Shown: piece by piece, positions 11,180 through 22,374 of the stretch
Position numbering within the stretch: the first letter of the stretch is position 1
How the letters are laid out: each line of letters starts with the position of its first letter
Assembly (NCBI GenBank): GCA_051599415.1
Contig: AP039690.1
Coordinates: 620,001 to 684,000 of the forward strand
DNA: 64,000 bases
Source: Savitreella phatthalungensis
Taxonomy: Eukaryota
Direction: 5' to 3'
The notes under the pieces: model-generated
What the model was told of the DNA's origin: nothing
The model's database searches: none
The model's input: only the letters and a program-made list of their open reading frames with translations
Translations under genes and position numbers: made by a program

Positions 11180-12061
11180 ATGCACTCTCCTATCTTGCTT
11201 CTCACAAGCGCGCTCTGGCTGTCGGCAGCGTCTGCACAAAATGCCAACAGCTCCACCTCTGAAATTGTCAGACTTCTGAGGAATGCCAACCTCATCCCGG
11301 GCACCATACCAGCATTCAATGCAACTGTTGACCCTTTCACTGTTCGATTCCGCTCTGCCATTGTCAATTACGGCAATTTGATTTCTCTTGCTGACAGTGC
11401 CTACGCACCAAATGTCTCGTTCTCAGCCGAAGCCGCCTTCCCCTCGGCACGATACACGGTAGCCATGGTCGACCCCGACGCGCCAACACCACAGAATGCA
11501 TCCAGTTCACAGATACGTCACTGGCTCGTCAGCAATGTCGCACCATCGTCTCAGCTCACAAACATTTCACTGACTGCTAACGTGCTCAGTGGGTGGCGAT
11601 CGCCCTCACCGCCCGCTGGCAGTGACCCGCATCGCTACACCTTCCTGCTCCTTCGACAGCCTCAGGGAGCCAATGTGTCGTTGACCTCGCAGCAAGCGGC
11701 AAGCATCTCTATGTTCAACATCTCGACCTTCATCCAACAGAACAACCTGACAGTTGTCAGTGGAAACTACTTCAACGCATCCAGAAATGGCACGACGAAT
11801 GGTGCTACTGGTTCTGCGACGACGGCTGGAATTGCAACACGCACCGGCGCGGCATCAGGTACAAACACCGTTTCTGCGACCGGTGCCGTGGTCGGAGCTG
11901 GTTCGGGCGCAGGCGCAGGCGCATCTAGCACAAGGACCACTAGCACAGCATCCCCATCGACTTCTGTCGTCCGCAACAGCGGCGCTTTGCGTCAGATCGC
12001 TAGCATTCCCGAGACACTGGCAGTCTTATCGGGTCTTCTTGTTCTCGTGACTGTAGTGTAA
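11180..12061 (+). CDS. Secreted PEBP (phosphatidylethanolamine-binding) family protein with Ser/Thr stalk and putative GPI signal
   Basis: Signal peptide MHSPILLLTSALWLSAASA; PEBP motifs MVDPDAP, RHWLV, PSPP.GSDPHRYTFLL; many NxS/T sites; S/T/G-rich tail with hydrophobic C-terminus. TATA-like ATATAAG near 11122. Confidence 0.85.
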   Translation: MHSPILLLTSALWLSAASAQNANSSTSEIVRLLRNANLIPGTIPAFNATVDPFTVRFRSAIVNYGNLISLADSAYAPNVSFSAEAAFPSARYTVAMVDPDAPTPQNASSSQIRHWLVSNVAPSSQLTNISLTANVLSGWRSPSPPAGSDPHRYTFLLLRQPQGANVSLTSQQAASISMFNISTFIQQNNLTVVSGNYFNASRNGTTNGATGSATTAGIATRTGAASGTNTVSATGAVVGAGSGAGAGASSTRTTSTASPSTSVVRNSGALRQIASIPETLAVLSGLLVLVTVV

Positions 12062-12347
12062 GCGAGGTCAGGAATCGAGCAGTCGCGCAGGAGTTGTTTG
12101 TATAGATTAAACAATCGCATCAGCCCGCTTCGCTTGCTCAAACATAGATATATTCCTAGAGAAGTGTGACCTTTCCTGTGCCATACTCCAGGCTACTCGA
12201 CGTTACACCATGTAATCTATCATTTGCTGAGGAGTGTGCATCCGGTCTAATTGGACGTCGATCTGCAGCTCTAAAACGCCGCATGACACCATTTCGGCGC
12301 AACAGCCACATGCAAAGATTTGATTTCATATAGACCAAAAAAATCCC

Positions 12348-12354
12348 GAGTCAT
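12348..12354 (-). promoter_or_regulatory. Possible Gcn4/CpcA-type site (ATGACTC) upstream of SER3
   Basis: GAGTCAT about 120 bp upstream of an amino-acid biosynthesis gene; a short motif only. Confidence 0.25.
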
Positions 12355-12471
12355 AGTGTTCGAGACCACTCTATAGAGCACCAGGAAGGCAGAGAGTTGT
12401 TTCACAAACATACAAGTCATTTAATAGCCTCCATCCTCCGCATCGACTTTGACGCTCACGCACGTTGTCAA

Positions 12472-13956
12472 ATGTCCATCCGAATTCCAGGCGCGAACGA
12501 GCTCGCAGATCGGACAAATGGTCTCAGCATCTCTGCCACAAGCCCACCCGTAGGCTCGAGCTTTAGAGCAGCTCAGCTCAGTGCAGGATCTGCAGGTGCT
12601 CTCGCCGTCTCGCCACCTCCAGCTACAGCCGGCTCTTTTGAGAGACCGATTGGTGAGCTGCGCAGACGGCGAACAAGCATCAGAGAAACTGTGCGTCCGC
12701 TCAAGCCATTCGCTCACGAGGATATCAAGATTCTGTTGCTCGAAAACGTCAATGCGATCGCTGTCGAGAGCCTGAAATCCCAAGGATATCAAGTAGAGGC
12801 ACACAAGGCATCCCTGCCGGAGGAGGAGCTGATTGCAAAGATCAAGGATGTTCAGGTGATCGGTATCCGTTCAAAGACAAAACTGTCGCGCAAGGTGCTC
12901 GAGCACGCCAGCAATCTCGTCGTCATCGGTTGTTTCTGCATCGGCACCAATCAAGTCGACCTTGAGTATGCAAAGTCGAAGGGTATCGCCGTCTTCAACT
13001 CTCCTTTCAGCAACTCTCGTTCTGTGGCGGAGCTTGTTATCAGTGAAATAGTCATGCTCGCTCGCCAGCTCGGAGACCGCAACAATGAGCTCCACCAGGG
13101 CGTATGGAACAAGGTGTCTGCGCGCTGCTGGGAAATTCGAGGCAAGACCCTAGGCATTGTTGGCTACGGTCACATTGGCTCACAGCTATCTGTCCTTGCA
13201 GAGGCAATGGGCATGACTGTCATTTACTACGATGTCATCCCTATCATGGGTCTTGGGAACACGAAACAGTTCAACTCACTTCATGACATGCTTTCAAAGG
13301 CTGACTTCGTCACCCTCCACGTGCCCGAGCTGCCAGAGACCTTCAACCTGATGGGCCCAGCAGAATTCGAGGCCATGAAGCAGGGATCGTACCTCATTAA
13401 TGCCAGTCGCGGAAGCGTGGTTGACATTCCGGCGTTTATCAATGCATCTAAGAGCGGCAAGATCGCCGGTGGCGCAATCGACGTGTTTCCAAATGAGCCT
13501 GCGGGCAATGGACCGTTCTTCGACGACAAGCTCAACACCTGGACGTCCGAGCTGCGTGGTCTCAAGAACGTTATCCTATCGCCACACATTGGTGGCTCGA
13601 CAGAGGAGGCGCAGGAGAAAATTGGTGTCGAAGTTGCAGACAACCTGATCAAGTATATCAACGAAGGCTCAACCATTGGCTCCGTCAACCTGCCGGAGGT
13701 CGCCCTGCGCAACATCACACTCGACGACGAGCCGCACGTCCGTGTTCTTTTCGTCCACGAGAATCGTGCTGGTGCTCTCCGTGCTGTGAACGACATTCTC
13801 GCAGACCACAACATCAAGGCACAGTTCTCAGACTCTGCCGGACCCGTTGCCTACCTCATTGCCGACATCGGCGACGTCAACGAGTCAAGCTTGCGTCACC
13901 TGCATGATCGCCTGTCTTCCTCGGAATTCAACATCAAGACAAGGTTGCTCTACTAA
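12472..13956 (+). CDS. SER3: D-3-phosphoglycerate dehydrogenase
   Basis: IGIRSKT, GCFCIGTNQVDL, GIVGYGHIGSQL, NASRG, PHIGGSTEEAQ, C-terminal ACT domain. Start MSIRIP at 12472. Confidence 0.95.
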   Translation: MSIRIPGANELADRTNGLSISATSPPVGSSFRAAQLSAGSAGALAVSPPPATAGSFERPIGELRRRRTSIRETVRPLKPFAHEDIKILLLENVNAIAVESLKSQGYQVEAHKASLPEEELIAKIKDVQVIGIRSKTKLSRKVLEHASNLVVIGCFCIGTNQVDLEYAKSKGIAVFNSPFSNSRSVAELVISEIVMLARQLGDRNNELHQGVWNKVSARCWEIRGKTLGIVGYGHIGSQLSVLAEAMGMTVIYYDVIPIMGLGNTKQFNSLHDMLSKADFVTLHVPELPETFNLMGPAEFEAMKQGSYLINASRGSVVDIPAFINASKSGKIAGGAIDVFPNEPAGNGPFFDDKLNTWTSELRGLKNVILSPHIGGSTEEAQEKIGVEVADNLIKYINEGSTIGSVNLPEVALRNITLDDEPHVRVLFVHENRAGALRAVNDILADHNIKAQFSDSAGPVAYLIADIGDVNESSLRHLHDRLSSSEFNIKTRLLY

Positions 13957-14170
13957 GTCTCTGCCCGGGGAGGAACGCGAAAGCCACAGCCAGACAATCG
14001 CTTTGGACATGCGGCGTAAACAATCAAAAACTTTGATCATCTTCACTTTCATAGACTTCAAAATACAATAGACTCTAAAAACCAGCGTTCAATGATCCGC
14101 ATACAACGGTGATCACACATGCCGGTGCACAGGTCGTGACACTCCACGGCACGGCGTCTCGGCTTTGATC

Positions 14171-15226
14171 ATGCTCAAGCACTTCAAGCGGCAGCAATCG
14201 CAGCAGCAGCAGCTCGGGAGGAAGAAGCAGAAGCAGCAGCATCCGGATGGACCTGTTCGTGCTGGCGCGGGAGTGCCAGGTGTCAAGGACGGCCGGATAG
14301 GCAAGTCTTCGTCCTCGGCCTCCACAGGACAATCACCGGGCCGGCCGACAAAGAAGGTCAAGGCGGCTCCGCCACTCATACCCTTCGCAGAGAACGACCG
14401 TGTCCTGTTTGTCGGCGAGGGCGATTTCAGCTTTGCGCATGCATGCATGACACACCACTTGATCCCTTCGGGTGGTGGCGCTGGGGCGGGTGATTCAAGC
14501 TGCCTCGCGACATCTCTCGATTCTATCGATGACCTCTTGGCGAAGTACCCGGATACGGTCCGACCCAATCTCGAAAGTATTGCCGACGTCGGCGGCGAGG
14601 TTCGTCACGGGATCGACGCGACACGGCTTTACGATGCTCTGACGACGACGCGGAAGCTTCCAGGCGTGGGCGGGAAGAAGCAGCAACGGAATCGTCGGAC
14701 GAGGGTTCCCGAGCGGTGTTTCGACACGATCGTCTTCATGTTCCCGCACGCGGCCGCCGGGATCGCAGACCAGGATCGCAATATTCTCACCAACCAGAAC
14801 CTTCTGTCGGCCTTCTTCGCGCAGGCTCGAGCGCTCATGCTCCTGTGGTCGCGCTACGAGGCTGGCAGATCCTACGACACACATGCATACGATAATGATG
14901 ACGACGACGATGACGATGGCGAGCATCCGGCAGAGGGAAAGAAAGTTTGTATGACGCTGGCTGAAGGGCCTACGTACGAGAAGTGGGATGTGCGTGGTTT
15001 AGCACGGGCTGCCGGGCTGAGAGTTCAGAGGACTGGCACGTTTCGTGGCGACGCCTTTCCTGGGTATACACATCAGCGAACTGAAGGCGCATCCGTCGAC
15101 AATCGCACGGGATCGAGGCGTGGATTCAGTGGCGGTCTCGGGGAAGAGCGCGCTGCGCGATGGTATATCTTCGAGGTCGCACCGGCAAGGAAGCCAAAGT
15201 CAGGGGCGAACCCGACGCACAGATGA
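14171..15226 (+). CDS. BMT5: 25S rRNA (uridine-N3)-methyltransferase Bmt5 (DUF2431)
   Basis: LFVGEGDFSFA, ATSLDS, HGIDATRL, FDTIVFMFPH, NQNLLSAFF, FPGYTHQRT. Confidence 0.88.
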   Translation: MLKHFKRQQSQQQQLGRKKQKQQHPDGPVRAGAGVPGVKDGRIGKSSSSASTGQSPGRPTKKVKAAPPLIPFAENDRVLFVGEGDFSFAHACMTHHLIPSGGGAGAGDSSCLATSLDSIDDLLAKYPDTVRPNLESIADVGGEVRHGIDATRLYDALTTTRKLPGVGGKKQQRNRRTRVPERCFDTIVFMFPHAAAGIADQDRNILTNQNLLSAFFAQARALMLLWSRYEAGRSYDTHAYDNDDDDDDDGEHPAEGKKVCMTLAEGPTYEKWDVRGLARAAGLRVQRTGTFRGDAFPGYTHQRTEGASVDNRTGSRRGFSGGLGEERAARWYIFEVAPARKPKSGANPTHR

Positions 15227-15250
15227 GGGCGAATGCATGTCATTTAGTCT

Positions 15251-16567
15251 CTAAAGCACGTATGCTTTGCGAAGTGCGCTGGTTTGGAAGACCTCACCTG
15301 TCCGTGGGTCTGTCGTGGTCGGTTCGGCGTTCGTGCTTGTGGTGCCGCGATGACTCTGCGCTGTCAAAGGGGTAGCGGCTAGAATGTCAGCATTGCTGAG
15401 CTCGAGGCTGCGGCAACCGTACATCTGGCCGGTTGGCAAAACGACAGGTGAATTGTCGCCCTCCATTAGTTGACCGTCGAGCGCATCGACCAGGTGGGTG
15501 CGCGCACTATGGGCCGCTGGGATATGCTGGGCGAGCGAATTGAGCTCCGGTGAGCAAATAGGACAAGCGCTCGACGATGACGTTATTGACTTGCGTGATT
15601 CTTCTGCCTCATCTGTGCCCGTGCCTGCGAAGCAAGATGGCGATTTGAGCGCTGCAAGTCCAGCAGCGAGTCCGACCTCCAGCGGGGAGACTGCAGGAAC
15701 ACTGTAGATGGCGCGATGCGTCTGAGTGAATAGATCGCACAAGTCCTGCCACCGGCGATCTGAGAAGAGTGTAGCATAAGGCTGGACTGTCGTGGTGGGT
15801 GGGAAGCATAGGAGGGCGCAGATTTGCTGAATCTGACCAGCGTACTCCTGCTGAAATGGTGCGAGGTGTCTGTGACAGTAGGCGATGGCCTCTTCCGCCT
15901 TGCCCTGCCGCATCAGCTCGATCAGTCCTTGCTTCCTCAGCTCAAATTCAAGCGTGCTTCGCTGTTTGCGTAGCGTCGACTTGTGCTCTCCACACCACGC
16001 CACAGCTTCCGTCAGCCGGTGACGGTTACGCAGCGCTGCACAGATACTTGCGCTCTGCTGGAACACATACCGATCGACAAGCCCACTGACGCCAGCTTTC
16101 TCCGCGTACGCATCCGCAGTCTCATGTAGCCCCTGTCGCAATAGGTAGTCGCAAATAAGCCGATCTAGCCGCTGTTTGGCGCTGTGTGATGAAGTGTGAT
16201 CGCACGGATCACCTTCCCTCATATCACTGTATGTATCGGGTGTAAGCACTCCGCCGCCAGCGGCCGTTGGCATCCCACTCTCGACTGCCACCATATGGTC
16301 CAGTCGCGCTCGACATGCCTGCAGACACGCACGCTCTTCATCGATCGCCGCGCTCAGCTTGCCGCGCAGCGCGGCCGTGCGAGCGCGCACACCGGCGATA
16401 AGCTCCATGGGATCAGCTGTCGTCGACAAGCGATCTGCGAGCGCCAGAAGCCCAGCAGAGTCACGCTCGACGTGCTTCTGCTGTGACTTCAAACTCGATC
16501 GGAGAAGCTCGTGAGGAAGCCGCAGAAGCGGCGCTTCCAGGAGCAAGTTGTCCTGGACAGTCGTCAT
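15251..16567 (-). CDS. FYV10: GID/CTLH complex subunit Fyv10/Gid9 (MAEA ortholog)
   Basis: LLLEAPLLRLPHELLR N-terminus, LisH (LDRLICDYLLRQG), CTLH, CRA, AGLAALKSPSC, CPICS and degenerate RING. Confidence 0.9.
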   Translation of the reverse strand: MTTVQDNLLLEAPLLRLPHELLRSSLKSQQKHVERDSAGLLALADRLSTTADPMELIAGVRARTAALRGKLSAAIDEERACLQACRARLDHMVAVESGMPTAAGGGVLTPDTYSDMREGDPCDHTSSHSAKQRLDRLICDYLLRQGLHETADAYAEKAGVSGLVDRYVFQQSASICAALRNRHRLTEAVAWCGEHKSTLRKQRSTLEFELRKQGLIELMRQGKAEEAIAYCHRHLAPFQQEYAGQIQQICALLCFPPTTTVQPYATLFSDRRWQDLCDLFTQTHRAIYSVPAVSPLEVGLAAGLAALKSPSCFAGTGTDEAEESRKSITSSSSACPICSPELNSLAQHIPAAHSARTHLVDALDGQLMEGDNSPVVLPTGQMYGCRSLELSNADILAATPLTAQSHRGTTSTNAEPTTTDPRTGEVFQTSALRKAYVL

Positions 16568-16824
16568 GTCAGGCTGCTCACAGATTTGCTTGCCATACGA
16601 CGTCGCTCAGCTAATAGAAGTTGGCAATGTGACGTCTTGGTAGAAGAGGGTAGAAATATAACAAGCTGATATCCACCTGGTTTGATCTTGGCCGGCTCCA
16701 CAGCACAAATGCATGGGTATCGACTTCCCAATCAGGGTGGTCTTGGGAAAGATCTTGTGCAAGCTTGATTTGACAAGACGCTCGTCATGCATATTTATTG
16801 CTCACTGTCTATGTTGTCGTTTAG

Positions 16825-18501
16825 TCACTCATCCTCGTCATCGTCGTCGTCTTCGTCTTCGTCAGAACCCAGGGCAGCACGACGCTCCTGCTCGAGCTTC
16901 TCCTGCAGGAGCCTGTCCTCAATCGTGCCGACCACTTCTTCCTGTACGCCACCACGAGCACGAGTCTTACGTTGATTCGCGCTTGAAGGACGCGCCTCAT
17001 TGACTTTGTCATGAGCCGGGCCACTGCTACTTTTCTCCTTCTTGTGCTCGACCGCCTCGCGCTTCACCTCTTCGGCACGCGTCTGAGCTGTTGCAATCGC
17101 CTCGGCGTGCTCGCGCTCATGCTCTGTCTGCATTTCTGCCAGCTCTCGCTCAAAGTCATCGAGAGGTCTAACCGTCATGTTTGTGGCGTGGGAGTAGTCA
17201 CCCAGATCGACGTTGCGAGGTCGCTTCATAGCTTCAGTGACGCGAGATGGGTCGCGGCGTTCTTCCTGAACAAATTTCGATTTTATCTGCCGGCGAGTGC
17301 GGCCTGGAAAAAGATGCCTGATCATCTCAAAGTCGGTTCCCCATTGCGAGACTGCATCGAAGAATCGTTCCGTCGCAGCGGCGTCCCATCGCTCTGATGC
17401 TTGTCGCCTGGCGTATGTGGATGAGTTGACCCGCTTCTCCAAGGGATTTTCCTCTACGTACTCGAGTCGATCGCCTGCTGTTCGTCGAGCTGAATTTGCC
17501 GCACGGTCTACCTGCAGTGATGATGTGTCAACGACGAGCTTGCCGTTGACGACACGGACCTGTGGGCCGCTCATACTCAGCATGCTGCTGCTTTTTCCTT
17601 CGCCTGCATTGTTATCCTCGTCATCGTCAGGATCTTCCTCGTTGTCATTGTCATCCTCGTCATCACTCTGAGATCCATCAGAAAGTTCAGAGTCAGATCC
17701 GTCATGGTCGTCACTTCCGTTCTCTGCCTCAGCTGCGTCGTCATCAGCGTCGGTTGGAACACGTGCAGGATTTGTTGCTCCTTCTGGCTCCTCAATGTTC
17801 TGCTCGCCCGCAGCGCGTGCAGAGTCAGGACGTCTGAATTCGCCGCGCCGACGTCTGGCTGAGATTTTCTTGAAGTCATCATGCCGCGAGCTTTTCTTGC
17901 CCTGACGCGTTTCTCTGGTAAGATCCATCATCCTCACTGCTTTTGGATCGATGACACGTGTCTCTGCGTCGTCTGGCGTTGGCTCACGCCTGATGCGTGC
18001 GGCCTGCCGGCCATTGCGCAACTGTCGACCTCTCTGATTGTCATCATCTTGGCCCCGACCAGCAAATACATCTGCAGTCGATGTGTCGTGAGTTTGCGTC
18101 GCTGTTTGAGGCTGTGGGTATTGTTGGTCGGGTGCTGGGGTCGATGCAACTTGTTCAGACGCCTTGTGAACGGTGCTAGTGCTGCTTGTGGCTGGAGCAG
18201 CTGCCGCTGACGGGACTGAAACCGTGTGCGAGGAGCCCTCTTGCTCCTGATGGTTGTTGGCAGTGCTATTGGCTGAGAGTGACTCATCGGCCGTTTGTAC
18301 TTGCGTAGTGCTTTTGAGATTGACTTTGACCGGTGTGGTGGTGCCGATGGAGATGCGCCTATTTTGCAGAGGAGATGCACCACTGTGACTGCTGTTTGGA
18401 GACGATGCGCTGGGTAAGGAAGAGTTTCGAAGCGTGTCCAGACGCCTTCGCTTGCCCAGACGCGCGATTGGCGTTCCGCTCTTGACTGGTGAGTCTGACA
18501 T
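16825..18501 (-). CDS. BDP1: TFIIIB subunit Bdp1 (SANT domain)
   Basis: PQVRVVNGKLVVDTSSLQVDR, VNSSTY, WDAAATERFFDAVSQWGTDFEMIRHLFPGRTRRQIKSKFVQEERRDP. Confidence 0.9.
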   Translation of the reverse strand: MSDSPVKSGTPIARLGKRRRLDTLRNSSLPSASSPNSSHSGASPLQNRRISIGTTTPVKVNLKSTTQVQTADESLSANSTANNHQEQEGSSHTVSVPSAAAAPATSSTSTVHKASEQVASTPAPDQQYPQPQTATQTHDTSTADVFAGRGQDDDNQRGRQLRNGRQAARIRREPTPDDAETRVIDPKAVRMMDLTRETRQGKKSSRHDDFKKISARRRRGEFRRPDSARAAGEQNIEEPEGATNPARVPTDADDDAAEAENGSDDHDGSDSELSDGSQSDDEDDNDNEEDPDDDEDNNAGEGKSSSMLSMSGPQVRVVNGKLVVDTSSLQVDRAANSARRTAGDRLEYVEENPLEKRVNSSTYARRQASERWDAAATERFFDAVSQWGTDFEMIRHLFPGRTRRQIKSKFVQEERRDPSRVTEAMKRPRNVDLGDYSHATNMTVRPLDDFERELAEMQTEHEREHAEAIATAQTRAEEVKREAVEHKKEKSSSGPAHDKVNEARPSSANQRKTRARGGVQEEVVGTIEDRLLQEKLEQERRAALGSDEDEDDDDDEDE

Positions 18502-19280
18502 GGTCAACAGGCTTACTATAAGGTTATAAGCGCGTCATGGACACTGAGCATTGGCCGATCAGAAATGAAATCAGTAGACAAGCGGCAACTAAGCAGGTGT
18601 TGAGTAGCAGCGAGGGGAAAAGGGACCCACTCAGGCTGCTGGACCTGTTGCTAGTCCTGGTGATTGGAAGTGTCTCTGTGTGATCTGTAGGTGTGTAATT
18701 TGTTGTGTGAGGCAGGTGTATGTGCATCTGTACGATGAGCACGTGTACACTGCTCTGTACTCGAGCTGCATCCGAGTACGAAACTGCATCACTCACTATA
18801 AAGTTAAGGAAATGAGTGATTGTGATGAAGGAGTGTAATTCGTGAATGATCAATGTCAATCGAGTCAATTCCTTAATTAAGACTGACTGACTTTCGTGCA
18901 TTTTAAAAGTCTATATGCTGAAAATAACCAAAATCTGATAATTCTGCTTTCTAGAACAGTTTAGTTAGGCTTTGAAAGAATTCGATCGAATCGATTGATT
19001 CTTTAATTCTAATGAGATCAGAGTGAGTCTATAACAGCACAGACCCAATTCATAAATGCACTGTATACACTGCAGTATTTGAGTGTATGAACATTCGTAC
19101 GTATTTCATTCAATGTTACATAAATTTACATGATCGAGACGTCTGATTGTCTAAAGCTGACTATGAATTTATGCTCCTTTGTATTCAGAGCAATTGCAAA
19201 CCCAGTATCAATATCGTTATCGTTCACTGCAGCATCGAGCTCTTTCTGCATTCCACAGATAAAACTTTTTTTTGTCCTGT

Positions 19281-19361
19281 TGATTGAGCGAGTGAGTGAG
19301 TGAGTGACTGACTGACTGCGTGGACGTTCGAGTGATTGATTGATTGAGTGAGCGAGCGAGC
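19281..19361. repeat. Compound tetranucleotide microsatellite (GAGT/GACT/GATT/GAGC)
   Basis: Directly visible runs GAGTGAGTGAGTGAGT GACTGACTGACT ... GATTGATTGATT GAGCGAGCGAGC. Confidence 0.85.
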
Positions 19362-19957
19362 TTAAGAATTCTGCATCTTTTTACTCACACGCACACATGC
19401 ACACACGCGCTCAATAGTCAATGAAATCTTCCTGCCTAGCATCTTCCAAACACATACACACATACACACACACGTACACACTACAGAGGACATCCCCCTT
19501 CTCTCGAGCCGCGCAGTCACTGCAAGTCAGTACGCGCGGACTCTTCCCTCTCTCTCTCTCTCTTCATCCTCCGTCCTCCAAAGACTACCACATCCCCAAC
19601 TCCTTTCATCTCTCACATTCTCCATTTCTCCAACCTTCATCTTCCGCCTTCCAAACCCTTGTTTCCGCTCGTATCCAAATCACTTCTTAGTTGACCCTCA
19701 CTCCTTTCTCTGTGTATTCTCTCGATTCTTCGCTTCTTTCTCTTCCACTCTCCCTCTTTGCTGGACTGCAGACCATTTCTAACCAGGTGTGACGTTTCCC
19801 ACCGACCTTCCATACAGGCACACGACACTTTTGTACAGGCTCAGATTCGAGCACTTCTTTACACCTTGACGATTCTTCACATACTCATCCTGCCTCTCAC
19901 GTTCCCCTCCGGGACTGCATCTCCCCTCTCTTCAGGCGCATCCACACATCACACAGC

Positions 19958-22087
19958 ATGAGTGAAAAGCGCAAGATCAAAACTGAAGCAAGTGAAGGAC
20001 CGAGTAAGAAAGTCAATGTTGGCGGCACAGATCACTACTTTGAAGTTCAACCAGAAGTAGAAAATTTCCAGCGCGAAGCGCTCTGGAGATCTCTTCAGGA
20101 GTACAAGCGGCGTTCACTCAATCACCAGGAGCAATTAGAAAAGCTTCAGCAGCGCACGAAATGGCACAACGAGCATATTCGCTTAGTCGACGTTTGGTGG
20201 AAGTCTCTTCTGACCAGGCTTGCCGAGCTTACAGGTGTCTCGCTTGATGAACGTGAGCAGACGGAATCACTGTCCAAGTATTTGCAAGCAGCAACCGCGT
20301 CTGCCCCCGCACTGAAGAAAGAAGACGCCGCAGCATCTACCACAGCGCTCGATGCACATCTCGCGACAGTCAGCAAAACGTGCATCGAGGCTTTTGAGCG
20401 GTATCTCAATGCAGCGCACGCAGTCGGCACAGACGACGAGCTCAGAAGTCGCCTAGAAGAGCTCTCCGTTCTTTTCAACGACATCCAGACAAAATATCAG
20501 ACACTCGAAGCAGAGCACAGCGAAAGGGAAGGCAGAATCGGCCAGCTGGAAGACAAGCTTGCATCTGCATTGCGCAAGGTCGATCGGCAAAAGTCGATCA
20601 CACTAGCACGGATTGAGGCGTCAGCTCGGAAAGCTGGTCATTCGACTGGCTCGCCTGCGCCAGACTCGGCTGACAAGACAAATGGCACGTCTACCACCGG
20701 GGCAGCAGGTACAGCGACACCAGGAGCTAGCAGCGCGCCATCGGAAGAGCAGCTCAAGGAGGCGCAAAAGCAGCAGCAAGAGCTGACCGATCTGAGAAAT
20801 GACCGCGCGAACATCGAAAAGAGACTTGCTGACCTACAAGCGTCATTATTCTCACAACAGCAGCTGACACAGAAGCTCGAAGCACAGCTATCTGAGTTGG
20901 ACGAATCGACAGTGAAAGGGAGCATCCCCTACAAGGCTTTAGCTCTTGTCAATGAACAGCTGCGTGGATCATGCGAAGCCACCGAATCTTCTCTGGCTAA
21001 GGCCACAGCAGAATTAGAGACACTGAAGGCCGAGCGACAAGCCTTTCGCACGCAGGCGCAGCAGGCGCATCACGATCAGCAGGAAGAGCTCTCACAGCGA
21101 TTGAGCAGGACAGAGCAGGATCTTGCACGTGTTCGAGGCAATCGAGATGAATTGCACGCGGGTCTGCAACAGCGCAAGGCGCAGGACGAATCTCGCATCA
21201 CGGCGACGCAGGAAATCAGTGAGCTCGCAGATTCTCTGCAGAGCCGGGTGGAAGCTTTAGAGCTGGAGAACGCACGGCTGAAGGGAGATCAGGAAACGAA
21301 GCAGCCAAACGGCGATGATGAAAGAGAGAAGTTGAAGGCTGAACTGTCAGTCATGGAAAAGGCTTTCAAGCAGGCTGTTGAGCAGAGTTCGCGCCGTATT
21401 ATGGAGCTGGCCAACGTGGAGGAACGGATTGGCAGACTACAGGCAGAGAAGGCGAAAGCCGATCAAAAGTACTTTGCGGCTATGAAGGCGAAAGATCAGG
21501 TCACATTCGAGCTCAAAGCGCTCAAGCTCCAGGTAATGAAAGGTGGCGAGGCGATTCAGCGTTATACAGAATCGGATGAGGCGCTCCAGCGCAAGGTGCA
21601 GCTACTCGAGAAGCGTGCAGCAACCGAGGAGAAGCTGCACGGCATAGCGAAGCATGAGCTCGCTCGCCTCGAGCAGGCACTCACGCAATCCAAGGCGCTC
21701 GCGGATGAGCGCGCCACAAGTCTCTCCGGCGCAGAGACACGGCTGACGCAGGCTAATGAGCAAGCTGCATCACTTTCATCCCGCTTGACGACGTTGGAAG
21801 AGCAGCGCAAGAGAGATGTTCGTGATCTCGAGCGATATAGAGCAGCAGAGACGGCGGAGCGCAAGGCCAATTCGGCGGCAGGCATGGATGCAGATCAACT
21901 GCAGGTCTACAGGAGTATGGCGCTGTGTTCAGTGTGCAATCTGCGGTGGAAGGACACAACCATCACGTCCTGCGGCCACGTCTTTTGCCGCGACTGCGTC
22001 GACAAGCGCATCGAAACCAGGCAGCGCAGATGTCCCAACTGCAACAAAGGCTTTGGTGCCAACGATGTCCTTGCCGTCCACCTTTAG
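19958..22087 (+). CDS. BRE1: E3 ubiquitin ligase Bre1 (histone H2B monoubiquitination)
   Basis: FQREALWR N-terminus, long coiled coils, EKAKADQKYFAAMK, C-terminal C3HC4 RING CSVC...CGHVFCRDC...RQRRCPNC. Confidence 0.95.
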   Translation: MSEKRKIKTEASEGPSKKVNVGGTDHYFEVQPEVENFQREALWRSLQEYKRRSLNHQEQLEKLQQRTKWHNEHIRLVDVWWKSLLTRLAELTGVSLDEREQTESLSKYLQAATASAPALKKEDAAASTTALDAHLATVSKTCIEAFERYLNAAHAVGTDDELRSRLEELSVLFNDIQTKYQTLEAEHSEREGRIGQLEDKLASALRKVDRQKSITLARIEASARKAGHSTGSPAPDSADKTNGTSTTGAAGTATPGASSAPSEEQLKEAQKQQQELTDLRNDRANIEKRLADLQASLFSQQQLTQKLEAQLSELDESTVKGSIPYKALALVNEQLRGSCEATESSLAKATAELETLKAERQAFRTQAQQAHHDQQEELSQRLSRTEQDLARVRGNRDELHAGLQQRKAQDESRITATQEISELADSLQSRVEALELENARLKGDQETKQPNGDDEREKLKAELSVMEKAFKQAVEQSSRRIMELANVEERIGRLQAEKAKADQKYFAAMKAKDQVTFELKALKLQVMKGGEAIQRYTESDEALQRKVQLLEKRAATEEKLHGIAKHELARLEQALTQSKALADERATSLSGAETRLTQANEQAASLSSRLTTLEEQRKRDVRDLERYRAAETAERKANSAAGMDADQLQVYRSMALCSVCNLRWKDTTITSCGHVFCRDCVDKRIETRQRRCPNCNKGFGANDVLAVHL

Positions 22088-22374
22088 ACCAACAGCCGCT
22101 AGTCTTATGCTGTCGCAACTCCGAAAGCATCCGCATTCGCATCAGCAACCTCTTTGTACGTATACTACACATTATATCCATTCGACCCCTGTGGCCATTC
22201 ATCAGGGTGGCTATAACGAAGGGAAATGATAAGTCACGATTTTGATCAAACTCTTTTGCAGTGTCACCTGAACGTCTTCGAGCGCATACATTCATAGCTC
22301 TTGGTCTTTCCTAATAACAGCACAAAGTCATCAGCCGCTGCGATTGGTCGATTCCGCTTGACACAAGATTCTCG

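Noticed and set aside
12358..12366. Pol III B-box-like GTTCGAGAC
   Set aside because: No A box or tRNA cloverleaf around it.
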